From: Mycoplasma sp. CAG:877
GTDB taxonomy: Bacteria; Bacillota_I; Bacilli_A; RF39; UBA660
Length of the DNA: 64,000 nucleotides
Assembly (NCBI GenBank): GCA_000433455.1
Contig: HF992499.1
Location: 72,475 to 136,474 of the forward strand
Reading direction: 5' to 3'
Positions within the stretch are counted from its first letter, which is position 1, and each line of letters starts with the position of its first letter. Positions 55,336 to 64,000 of this stretch are shown here, piece after piece. Both the position numbers and the translations under genes were made by a program. The notes under the pieces are model-generated. The model saw nothing but the letters and a program-made list of their open reading frames with translations. It did no database searches and was not told the origin of the DNA.

Positions 55336-56058
55336 ATGAGTGGACATTCAAAATGGGCAACAATTCATCGTAAAAAAGGATTATTAGATGCTGCTAGAGG
55401 AAAAGTTTTTCAAAAACTAGCTAAAGAAATCATGGTAGCAGCAAAGTCAGGTAGTCCTGATCCGAACCAAAACTCATCATTAAGATTGGCTGTTGATAAA
55501 GCTAAAGCTCAAAACATGCCAAAAGAAAATATTCAAAAAGCAATTGAAAAGGCAACTGGTGGAACAGATGGAGCAAACTACGAAAGTGTTCGTTATGAAG
55601 GATATGGACATGGTGGTGTAGCCTTCATGGTAGACTGCTTAACAGATAATCGTAATAGAACTGCATCTCAAGTACGTAGTACTTTCACAAAAGCTGGTGG
55701 AAATCTTGGAACAGATGGTTCTGTAAGTTATATGTTTGAACGTCGTGGTTCAATTGTAATACCAGCAGATTATGATGAGGATACAATGATGATGACAGCA
55801 TTAGACGCCGGAGCTCTAGACTTTGAAAAAATAGAAAATACCTATGTTATTACTACTGATACAGCTAATTTTACTCCTGTAAAAGAAGCTTTAGAAAATG
55901 CAGATGTTAAGGAATTCTTAGAATGTGAATTAACATACATTCCAAATATGGAAGTAGAATTAGATGAAGAAGGACAAGAAAAAGTCATGAAATTAGTAGA
56001 TACACTAGAGGACTTAGATGATGTTCAAGATGTTTATTACAATCTAAAAGGAGAATAA
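55336..56058 (+). CDS. yebC: YebC/PmpR-family DNA-binding regulator
   Basis: MSGHSKWATIHRKKG..., YEGYGHGGVA.. are canonical. Confidence 0.93.
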   Translation: MSGHSKWATIHRKKGLLDAARGKVFQKLAKEIMVAAKSGSPDPNQNSSLRLAVDKAKAQNMPKENIQKAIEKATGGTDGANYESVRYEGYGHGGVAFMVDCLTDNRNRTASQVRSTFTKAGGNLGTDGSVSYMFERRGSIVIPADYDEDTMMMTALDAGALDFEKIENTYVITTDTANFTPVKEALENADVKEFLECELTYIPNMEVELDEEGQEKVMKLVDTLEDLDDVQDVYYNLKGE

Positions 56059-56167
56059 TAAATAAAGAAATAATAAGAAAGGGCACACCTTAAGTGAACT
56101 TGTATTAGTTCATAATTGCTCTTTTTTCTTTTCTAAAAATGTTATATAATAAGTAAGGAGTGATTTT

Positions 56168-56731
56168 ATGTATGACTATATAATAGGAACAGTTACAAGT
56201 TTAAAAAATAATGCTATCGTTTTAGATAATAATGGTATAGGATATTTAATTTATGTTTCTAATCCTTATGCCTTTGAAGAACAAAAAGAATATAAAGTTT
56301 ATGTCTATCAACAAATAAAAGAAGATGAAAATAGTTTGTTCGGTTTTAAAAATCAAGCTGAAAAAGAACTATTCTTAAAACTAATTAGTGTTAAAGGACT
56401 AGGTTGTAAAATGGCTATGCCAATCTTAGCAGTTGGTAATGTAGAAGGTATAATGGATGCTATTGAAAGAGAAAATATCCTATACTTAAAGAAGTTCCCA
56501 AAAATCGGTGAAAAACTAGCTAGACAAATGATTCTAGATTTAAAAGGCAAATTAGCTTTTATTGGTGTAGGTATATCAGATGATGAATTAACAACTAGTG
56601 AAGAATTAAAAGAAGTATTACTAGGTTTAGGATACAAAGACAAAGAAATAAAAGGCATTCTTACTAAAGTAAATAAAGATTTACCAATTGAAGAACAAGT
56701 AAAAGAGGCTTTAAGATTACTCTTAAGATAA
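56168..56731 (+). CDS. ruvA: Holliday junction DNA helicase RuvA
   Basis: MYDYIIGTV...LFGF....E...F..LISV.G.G.K.A and its position before ruvB. Confidence 0.92.
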   Translation: MYDYIIGTVTSLKNNAIVLDNNGIGYLIYVSNPYAFEEQKEYKVYVYQQIKEDENSLFGFKNQAEKELFLKLISVKGLGCKMAMPILAVGNVEGIMDAIERENILYLKKFPKIGEKLARQMILDLKGKLAFIGVGISDDELTTSEELKEVLLGLGYKDKEIKGILTKVNKDLPIEEQVKEALRLLLR

Positions 56732-56741
56732 GGAGAATTCT

Positions 56742-57743
56742 ATGAAAACTGAAAATGTTATAAAAAACTATTCGCTAGAAGATGATCAAGTAATTGATAA
56801 TACAATTAGACCTGAAACAATAAGTGAATATATTGGTCAAAGTGAAGTAAAAGAAAATATTAAAATATTCGTTGAAGCTGCTAAAATTCGTAACGAAGCT
56901 CTAGATCATGTTTTACTATATGGTCCTCCAGGACTAGGTAAAACAACCCTAGCTTTTATAATTGCTCATGAACTAGGTACTCATATAAAAACAGCATCTG
57001 GTCCAAGTATTGAAAAAACTGGTGACTTAGCCGCAATTCTTTCTTCACTAGAACCAGGAGACGTTTTATTTATTGATGAAATTCATCGTATGCCAAGATA
57101 CATAGAAGAAGTCCTATATCCAGCTATGGAAGACTTCTCACTAGATATTATCGTAGGAAGTGAAGGAAATACCAGAAACATCAAAATAGATTTGCCACCA
57201 TTTACTCTTGTAGGAGCAACAACTAGAGCTGGAGACCTATCAGCACCTCTAAGAGATCGTTTTGGTATAATCTCAAAACTTCAATTTTATACAACTGAAG
57301 AACTATGTGAAATAGTAAAAAGAACTTCTCGTGTTCTAAATATGGAAATAGAAGAGGATGCTGCTTATGAATTAGCAAGACGTAGTAGAGGAACCCCAAG
57401 AATTGCTAATAGATTATTTAAAAGAGTAAGAGACTTTGCCCTTGTTAAAGGAAATGGTAAAATTGATCTTGATATTACCAAAGAAGCTCTAACTAGACTT
57501 CATATCGATGAGTTAGGCTTAGATAAAACAGACCACGATTTACTTCTAGCAATCATTAATAAATTTAATGGTGGCCCAGTAGGAATAGAGGCCCTAAGTA
57601 GTTCAATTGGTGAAGAAGTAACAACGATAGAAGACGTTTATGAACCATACTTATTACAAACTGGTCTACTAAAAAGAACAACAAGAGGTAGAATGGTAAC
57701 AGATAAAGCCTATGAAGCCTTAGGAATAGAAAAGAAAAACTAA
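56742..57743 (+). CDS. ruvB: Holliday junction DNA helicase RuvB
   Basis: [31 protein letters not shown] and GTPRIANRL. Confidence 0.96.
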   Translation: MKTENVIKNYSLEDDQVIDNTIRPETISEYIGQSEVKENIKIFVEAAKIRNEALDHVLLYGPPGLGKTTLAFIIAHELGTHIKTASGPSIEKTGDLAAILSSLEPGDVLFIDEIHRMPRYIEEVLYPAMEDFSLDIIVGSEGNTRNIKIDLPPFTLVGATTRAGDLSAPLRDRFGIISKLQFYTTEELCEIVKRTSRVLNMEIEEDAAYELARRSRGTPRIANRLFKRVRDFALVKGNGKIDLDITKEALTRLHIDELGLDKTDHDLLLAIINKFNGGPVGIEALSSSIGEEVTTIEDVYEPYLLQTGLLKRTTRGRMVTDKAYEALGIEKKN

Positions 57744-57755
57744 CAGGAGGATACT

Positions 57756-58781
57756 ATGAAAGTAGAAGATTTTGATTATTATTTACCTGAAAAATTAATA
57801 GCTCAAACCCCATTAGAAAAAAGAGATACTTCTAGACTAATGGTTTTAGATAAAACAACAGGAAAAATAGAACATAAACATTTTTATAATATTGTAGATT
57901 ACTTAGAAGAAGGAGATACCTTAGTCTTAAATGATACTAAAGTTCTACCAGCTAGATTAATCGGAGAAAAAGAAGAAACTAAAGCTGTAATAGAAATACT
58001 ATTATTAAAAAACATTTCTGGTGATGACTGGGAATGTTTAGTAAAACCAGCTAGACGTATAAAAGTAGGAACAATAGTAACATTTGGATCAGGTGAACTA
58101 AAGGCAAAATGTATAAAAGAAGAACCAGAAGGAATTAGACATTTTACTTTAATTTATGATGGTATCTTAATGGAAATATTAGAACATCTAGGTACTATGC
58201 CACTACCACCATATATTCATGAAAAACTAAAAGATCAATCAAGATATCAAACAGTATATGCTAAAGAAATAGGTAGTGCCGCTGCTCCAACTGCTGGTCT
58301 TCATTTTACAAAAGAACTATTAGAACAATTAACGAAAAAAGGTGTAAATATTGCCTACATTACTCTTCATGTTGGACTAGGTACTTTTAGACCAGTAAGT
58401 GTTGACAAAGTAGAAGAGCATGAAATGCATTCTGAATACTATCAAATGACTAAAGAAACAGCAGAACTTTTAAAAAAGACAAAAGAAAACAATAAAAGAA
58501 TTATTGCTGTTGGTACAACAAGTACTAGAACCCTAGAAACAATCATGACAAAATATAATGAATTTACAGAATGTTCTGGTTGGACTAATATCTTTATTTA
58601 TCCAGGTTACAAATTTAAGGCAATCGATGCTCTAATTACTAACTTTCATCTACCTAAATCAACCTTAGTAATGTTAGTATCAGCTTTAGCCGGTAGAGAA
58701 AATATTTTAAATGCTTATAAGACAGCAGTTCAAGAAGAATACCGCTTTTTCTCCTTTGGCGATGCCATGCTAATTAAATAA
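57756..58781 (+). CDS. queA: S-adenosylmethionine:tRNA ribosyltransferase-isomerase
   Basis: FDYYLPE.LIAQ.P...[20 protein letters not shown] and [12 protein letters not shown]. Confidence 0.95.
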   Translation: MKVEDFDYYLPEKLIAQTPLEKRDTSRLMVLDKTTGKIEHKHFYNIVDYLEEGDTLVLNDTKVLPARLIGEKEETKAVIEILLLKNISGDDWECLVKPARRIKVGTIVTFGSGELKAKCIKEEPEGIRHFTLIYDGILMEILEHLGTMPLPPYIHEKLKDQSRYQTVYAKEIGSAAAPTAGLHFTKELLEQLTKKGVNIAYITLHVGLGTFRPVSVDKVEEHEMHSEYYQMTKETAELLKKTKENNKRIIAVGTTSTRTLETIMTKYNEFTECSGWTNIFIYPGYKFKAIDALITNFHLPKSTLVMLVSALAGRENILNAYKTAVQEEYRFFSFGDAMLIK

Positions 58782-58848
58782 ACCTTGTAAAAAAACCAAA
58801 AAAATGGTATAATATGGGCACTTAGCGGAAGAAAGAGGAGGAAATGTA

Positions 58849-59361
58849 ATGAAGTTAATTCCAGAACAAGTAGAAGGCATCAAAAAACAAATAGCAGAAA
58901 AAATAAACGTAGTAAGTGATGTTGATTATTTAGAAGAATCAAGAGAAGATTTTAGAAAGAACATAATTGAGTGTGGCGTAAGAGATGAAGTTTCTGAAAG
59001 ACATATGTTTAAAGCTCATGCTGATATTGCTAGATTAAGAGTTGCCCTAGAGGATGCTGAAATAGTAGATGAACCAACTGGTTGTGTTATTGAAATTGGT
59101 AGTAACTTTACAGTTGAATTTTCAACTGGAGCAAAAAGAACTTTTACCTTAGTAGAAACAACAGAAGGACTAGAAAAAACATCTGATTATACAACTAAAG
59201 CTAGTCCATTTGGTCAAGCTGTTATTGGAAAAACTGAAGGAGATGTATTCTCATATACAATTTCAACATCACCATTTAATAAACGTCAAATTACTGGTTG
59301 TGTTGAAAAAATTAATACAAAAGAAAACACTAATAGCAAACAAAAAACTATTACAAAATAA
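58849..59361 (+). CDS. GreA/GreB-family protein (C-terminal domain recognisable)
   Basis: ASPFGQAVIGKTEGDVFSYT resembles the GreA C-terminal S.P.G.AL.GK..GD motif. The N-terminal half is predicted helical. Confidence 0.55.
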   Translation: MKLIPEQVEGIKKQIAEKINVVSDVDYLEESREDFRKNIIECGVRDEVSERHMFKAHADIARLRVALEDAEIVDEPTGCVIEIGSNFTVEFSTGAKRTFTLVETTEGLEKTSDYTTKASPFGQAVIGKTEGDVFSYTISTSPFNKRQITGCVEKINTKENTNSKQKTITK

Positions 59362-60558
<1,197 letters not shown>

Positions 60559-60564
60559 AAAGCA

Positions 60565-60595
60565 AAAACTACAAGAAATAATCTTGTAGTTTTTA
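60565..60595. terminator. bidirectional terminator hairpin
   Basis: aaaactacaag-aaataat-cttgtagtttt between convergent genes. Confidence 0.75.
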
Positions 60596-60907
60596 TATGT
60601 AAAAGATTGGCCTATTAGAATTATTCTGCATAGTACTTATACTATTACTTTCTTCTCTAACAGTACTCGTCTCATTAACAGTTACCGGTTTGTTTATTTC
60701 ATCTGCTATTTTAAATATAGTTTTTGCATTTTGAAACATTGGTTTAACTTGATAAACAATAGGTATGGCCTGATTAATAACACCAAGTGTTTTTTGTGTA
60801 CCGTCTAAAAATGAAGTAAAACTAAAGCCTTTAGCAAGATTACTAAATCTACTAAATAAGCCAACTTTAGGATAAGGATAGTTGTACATAGTCCACCTCT
60901 TCATCAA
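60593..60907 (-). CDS. YqfQ-like protein
   Basis: FSFTSFLDGTQKTLGVINQAIPIVYQVKPMFQNAKTIFKI resembles the YqfQ block (NF..ML.N.QK.LG..Q...P.V.QYGP...N.P....I). From memory; the start is uncertain. Confidence 0.5.
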   Translation of the reverse strand: MMKRWTMYNYPYPKVGLFSRFSNLAKGFSFTSFLDGTQKTLGVINQAIPIVYQVKPMFQNAKTIFKIADEINKPVTVNETSTVREESNSISTMQNNSNRPIFYI

Positions 60908-61023
60908 TAATATATGTCAAAAGAAATAAAAAGTTAAATAATTTATTTTCAAAAATAAAATACTATGCTACAATAATCTATAGAATAAGATAGAGTAAAA
61001 AGAAAGGTAACTGGTGATATTAA

Positions 61024-62718
61024 ATGGGTTTATTTGGAAACAATAAGAAAAATGTGACAAATACTGCTACCGTACAACAAACTGCACCACAAGCACAACA
61101 ACAGGTGGCAAATACTGCTGCTCCTATTGCACAACAACAAGCTACACCAACTATAGCACAACCAGTTGCAACTCCTCAACCAGTATATCAACAACCACAA
61201 ACACAACAGGCTGTCTATCAACAAGTACCAGGACAAGTAGTTCAACAAACACCAGTCCAACAAGTAGCACAAACTACTGGGATACCGGTTACAAGTCCAA
61301 CACAAGTATCAGTTGGTGCCAATCAAACACAAATACCTGTTGCCCAAAATACAATAACAAATCAACCAATTAGTGCCTCACTTCAAACTCCTGAACAACA
61401 AGCTTCAGCACCGGCTCAACCTCAACAACATGCAGCAGCTAAAACAGTTCAAACGAGTAGTGTAAGTAAAAAGAAAGTTTCAAGTGACGAAGATGTAAAA
61501 AGAAAAAATAAATTAAATGGTTATAGTTACGTTGTTATAAATACCATGAATAAAAAAGAAAAAGGTTACTTCGATGCTGAAACAGAAGATGATGTAAGAG
61601 CCTTTCTAGAAGGACAAGATTACCAAGTCCTAGAAATAAAGCCAAAATCAGCAATGGATATTGATATTTCAGGTCCACCAAAACTAAATCCTGAAGACTT
61701 ATCATTTACCTTGACTCAGTTATCAACATATATAAAATCAGGAATCCCTCTAGTTGACTCTATGCGTATCTTAGCTAAACAAGGTAAAAAAGCAGCCCAT
61801 AAAAAGATTTATGGTCAAGTAGTTTATGAATTATTAAAAGGTGAAAGTTTTTCTGTAGCTCTAGCTCGTCAAGGAAAAGTCTTCCCACCATTATTAATAA
61901 ACATGGTAAAAACAGCTGAAATGACTGGTGACTTACCATCTATACTAGATGATATGGCAGAGTATTATACAACAATGAACCAAACTAGAAAACAAATGAA
62001 AAGTGCCATGACATACCCAATCGTAGTTTTAACGATAGCCTTAGGCGTATTAGTATTCATGTTAGTTTACTTAGTTCCACAATTTGCTTCCATGTTTGAA
62101 TCTCAAGATGCCAAACTTCCAGCAATTACTTTAATAGTTTTAGGTGTCAGTAACTTTATTCAAACTAACTGGATGTTTCTAATAGGTGGAGTAGTAGCAA
62201 TAATACTTGTCTTTAGATATTTATTTAAACATGTTCAGTCCTTTAAAAAAGCTGTTCAAACATTCTTAATGCATATACCAGTAGTTAGTAAAATAATTAT
62301 TTATAATGAAATTGCTAACTTTACTAAAACATTTGCTTCATTAATAAATCATGGTGTCTTCATAACAGATAGTATGGAAATTCTACAAAAGATAACTGAT
62401 AATGAAGTATTTAAAGGTATCATTAATAAAACTTTGGAAAACCTATCCAAAGGTGAACCAGTATCAGCAGCTTTCCGTGGTGAATGGGCAATCCCAGTAG
62501 TTGCTTATGAAATGATTGTTACTGGTGAAAATACTGGTCAATTAGGTCTAATGATGGAAAAAGTATCAGCACACTTCCAATCAATGCATAAATCAATTAT
62601 CGATCAAATGAAGAGTTTGATGGAACCATTAATGATTGTATTCTTAGCAGGAATTGTTGGTGTCATACTACTTTCAATTGTTACACCAATGTTTAGTATT
62701 TACTCACAAATCGAATAA
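61024..62718 (+). CDS. type II secretion/type IV pilus platform protein (GspF/PilC/ComGB family) with a ~150-aa Q/P/T/V-rich N-terminal extension
   Basis: Two GspF repeats (..LS.L...GIPL..S........K..) and 3 TM helices in the C-terminal ~400 aa. The N-terminus is low complexity (QQTAPQAQQQVANTAAPIAQQQATP...). Confidence 0.88.
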   Translation: MGLFGNNKKNVTNTATVQQTAPQAQQQVANTAAPIAQQQATPTIAQPVATPQPVYQQPQTQQAVYQQVPGQVVQQTPVQQVAQTTGIPVTSPTQVSVGANQTQIPVAQNTITNQPISASLQTPEQQASAPAQPQQHAAAKTVQTSSVSKKKVSSDEDVKRKNKLNGYSYVVINTMNKKEKGYFDAETEDDVRAFLEGQDYQVLEIKPKSAMDIDISGPPKLNPEDLSFTLTQLSTYIKSGIPLVDSMRILAKQGKKAAHKKIYGQVVYELLKGESFSVALARQGKVFPPLLINMVKTAEMTGDLPSILDDMAEYYTTMNQTRKQMKSAMTYPIVVLTIALGVLVFMLVYLVPQFASMFESQDAKLPAITLIVLGVSNFIQTNWMFLIGGVVAIILVFRYLFKHVQSFKKAVQTFLMHIPVVSKIIIYNEIANFTKTFASLINHGVFITDSMEILQKITDNEVFKGIINKTLENLSKGEPVSAAFRGEWAIPVVAYEMIVTGENTGQLGLMMEKVSAHFQSMHKSIIDQMKSLMEPLMIVFLAGIVGVILLSIVTPMFSIYSQIE

Positions 62719-62737
62719 TAATAAGGAGGATAATTAT

Positions 62738-63502
62738 ATGGAAATACTATACTTAATTATCTTTTTTATTTTAGGAAGCTTCATTGGCACTATCTCAACA
62801 ATTCTAGGACTTCGTCTTCCTAAACAAGAAAAAATATTTGGTAATAAACCACACTGTGATAATTGCAGTCACGAACTAAAAAAAACAGAAACTATTCCCT
62901 TAATATCTTACATTACTCACCGTGGTAGATGTAGATATTGTCATACTAAAATAGACATTTTATATCCATACATGGAATTCTTCTCAGGACTATTATTTTC
63001 TGTTTGTTACTACAGCTTTGGTTTTAGTTATGAAATGTTAATAGGTCTAGGAATAATTACAATGTTAATGATTATTGTCGTAAGTGATCTTACATATCTA
63101 ATAATTCCAGATGAAGTATTAATCTTTTTTAGTATTTATTTCATAATAATTGAATTTCTAAAATCAGGTCTAAAAGGAGCTATAACTCATATCGGTACAG
63201 GTTTATTATTATTTGCTATAATGTATTCTGTAATGTTAATTGGTAACAAAGTCTTAAAAAAAGAAAGCCTTGGTGGTGGAGATATAAAAATGATGTTCTT
63301 ATTTGGTTTAGTTCTAGATCCACTTCTTGGAACTTTAACTATCTTTTTAGGAAGTCTTTTTGCACTACCAATGTCCCTATATTTAATGAAGAAAAATAAT
63401 GAAAAGGTAATTCCTTTTGGACCTTTTCTTCTCTTAGCCTTTGCATTTATTTACTTCACCAAACTAACAACTCCAACAATTATGTCTTGGCTAGGTTTTT
63501 AA
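62738..63502 (+). CDS. prepilin peptidase (A24 family, PilD/ComC-like)
   Basis: Zinc-ribbon C.NC....C..C, catalytic Asp contexts (VSDL..IIPD and GGGDIKM), polytopic. AGGAGG RBS before the ATG at 62738. Confidence 0.9.
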   Translation: MEILYLIIFFILGSFIGTISTILGLRLPKQEKIFGNKPHCDNCSHELKKTETIPLISYITHRGRCRYCHTKIDILYPYMEFFSGLLFSVCYYSFGFSYEMLIGLGIITMLMIIVVSDLTYLIIPDEVLIFFSIYFIIIEFLKSGLKGAITHIGTGLLLFAIMYSVMLIGNKVLKKESLGGGDIKMMFLFGLVLDPLLGTLTIFLGSLFALPMSLYLMKKNNEKVIPFGPFLLLAFAFIYFTKLTTPTIMSWLGF

Positions 63503-63530
63503 GAAAGTTTAACTTTCTTTTTTTTTCCTA
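63503..63530 (+). terminator. rho-independent terminator
   Basis: aagaaagt-ttaa-ctttctt followed by tttttttt. Confidence 0.65.
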
Positions 63531-63559
63531 TTAGTGTACTATATATATGGGTGATAACT

Positions 63560-64000
63560 ATGCGAAATATAACAATTTTACCAGCTGATACTTATACAGT
63601 AGTAAATAAAACTGTTCTTAACGAAAGCGATCGTAAACTAATTAGCATGTTATACCAACCAATTATAGGTCATACTGCAGTTTCTCTATATTTAACTTTA
63701 ATAGATGACCTAGATAAATTAGAAGTAATGAGCGACGATCTAACTCATCATCATTTAATGAGTACTATGCAGTTAAAACTAGAAGACATTGTCATTGCCC
63801 GTGAAAAATTAGAAGCAACTGGTCTTTTAAAAAGTTACTTTAAAAAGGGTAGTATTAATCAGTATGTCTATTTAATTTATTCTCCAATGTCTGCTCATGA
63901 GTTTTTTACTCATCCAATCCTAAATATTGTTCTTTATAATAACTTAGGTAAAAAAGAATATGAAAGACTTCTAAATTATTATAAAATCCCTCGAGTTAAC
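63560..64000 (+). CDS. replication initiation/membrane attachment protein DnaB (DnaB/DnaD family), N-terminal part; runs off the window
   Basis: Y.V.....L...D...L..LYQPIIG..A.SLYLTL resembles the Bacillus DnaB N-terminus. The frame is open to nt 64000. Confidence 0.6.
   Translation, partial: MRNITILPADTYTVVNKTVLNESDRKLISMLYQPIIGHTAVSLYLTLIDDLDKLEVMSDDLTHHHLMSTMQLKLEDIVIAREKLEATGLLKSYFKKGSINQYVYLIYSPMSAHEFFTHPILNIVLYNNLGKKEYERLLNYYKIPRVN

Noticed and set aside
61030-61305. 91-aa antisense ORF rich in Cys, Leu and Trp.
   Set aside because: It is an artefact of the CAA/CAG-rich low-complexity coding region of the PilC-like gene on the opposite strand.

Overview
This is an AT-rich chromosomal segment, roughly 30% GC by eye, from a low-GC Gram-positive bacterium (Bacillota). 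Prp-processed L27, AddAB, a SpoVD-like PBP, a SpoVE/FtsW-type SEDS gene and a YqfQ-like gene suggest an Erysipelotrichia/Clostridia-like, possibly spore-forming host, but that placement is inference only. About 55 genes are present, nearly all on the + strand, and most are core housekeeping: ackA, a DAG-kinase-like lipid kinase, a class B PBP, rsgA, mraY, addBA, a dinG-like helicase, rplU-prp-rpmA-obg, yebC, ruvAB, queA, tgt, yceD-rpmF, and PilC/PilD-like type IV pilus or competence genes. I saw no rRNA, tRNA or CRISPR array. The most notable feature is a SEDS (SpoVE/FtsW-family) gene split into a 335-codon 5' part (to 19365) and a 30-codon 3' part (23636-23729). The split is caused by a 4.27-kb insertion that carries a large serine recombinase at its right end and a YibE/F membrane-protein pair as cargo. 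Removing the insertion in silico at a shared GT restores the conserved [16 protein letters not shown] motif in frame, so this may be a skin-like, developmentally excised intervening element in a target gene I do not recall being reported. Six further observations follow. (1) Ribosomal protein L32 carries an N-terminal KLDIQMF|A extension that mirrors the Prp-cleaved L27 propeptide encoded 11 kb away. (2) A 19-codon leader ORF with alternative antiterminator and terminator hairpins lies upstream of an ABC-F ATPase. (3) A 1618-aa orphan protein with a five-fold repeated motif is translationally coupled to a degenerate ProA-like protein. (4) A Sua5/TsaC gene survives only as remnants. (5) Two coupled unknown genes, one with a RelE/Gp49-like C-terminus, follow the DinG-like helicase. 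(6) Two wall-anchored surface proteins have non-LPXTG sorting signals. All calls rest on reading the translated ORFs and the DNA by eye; no database search was possible.
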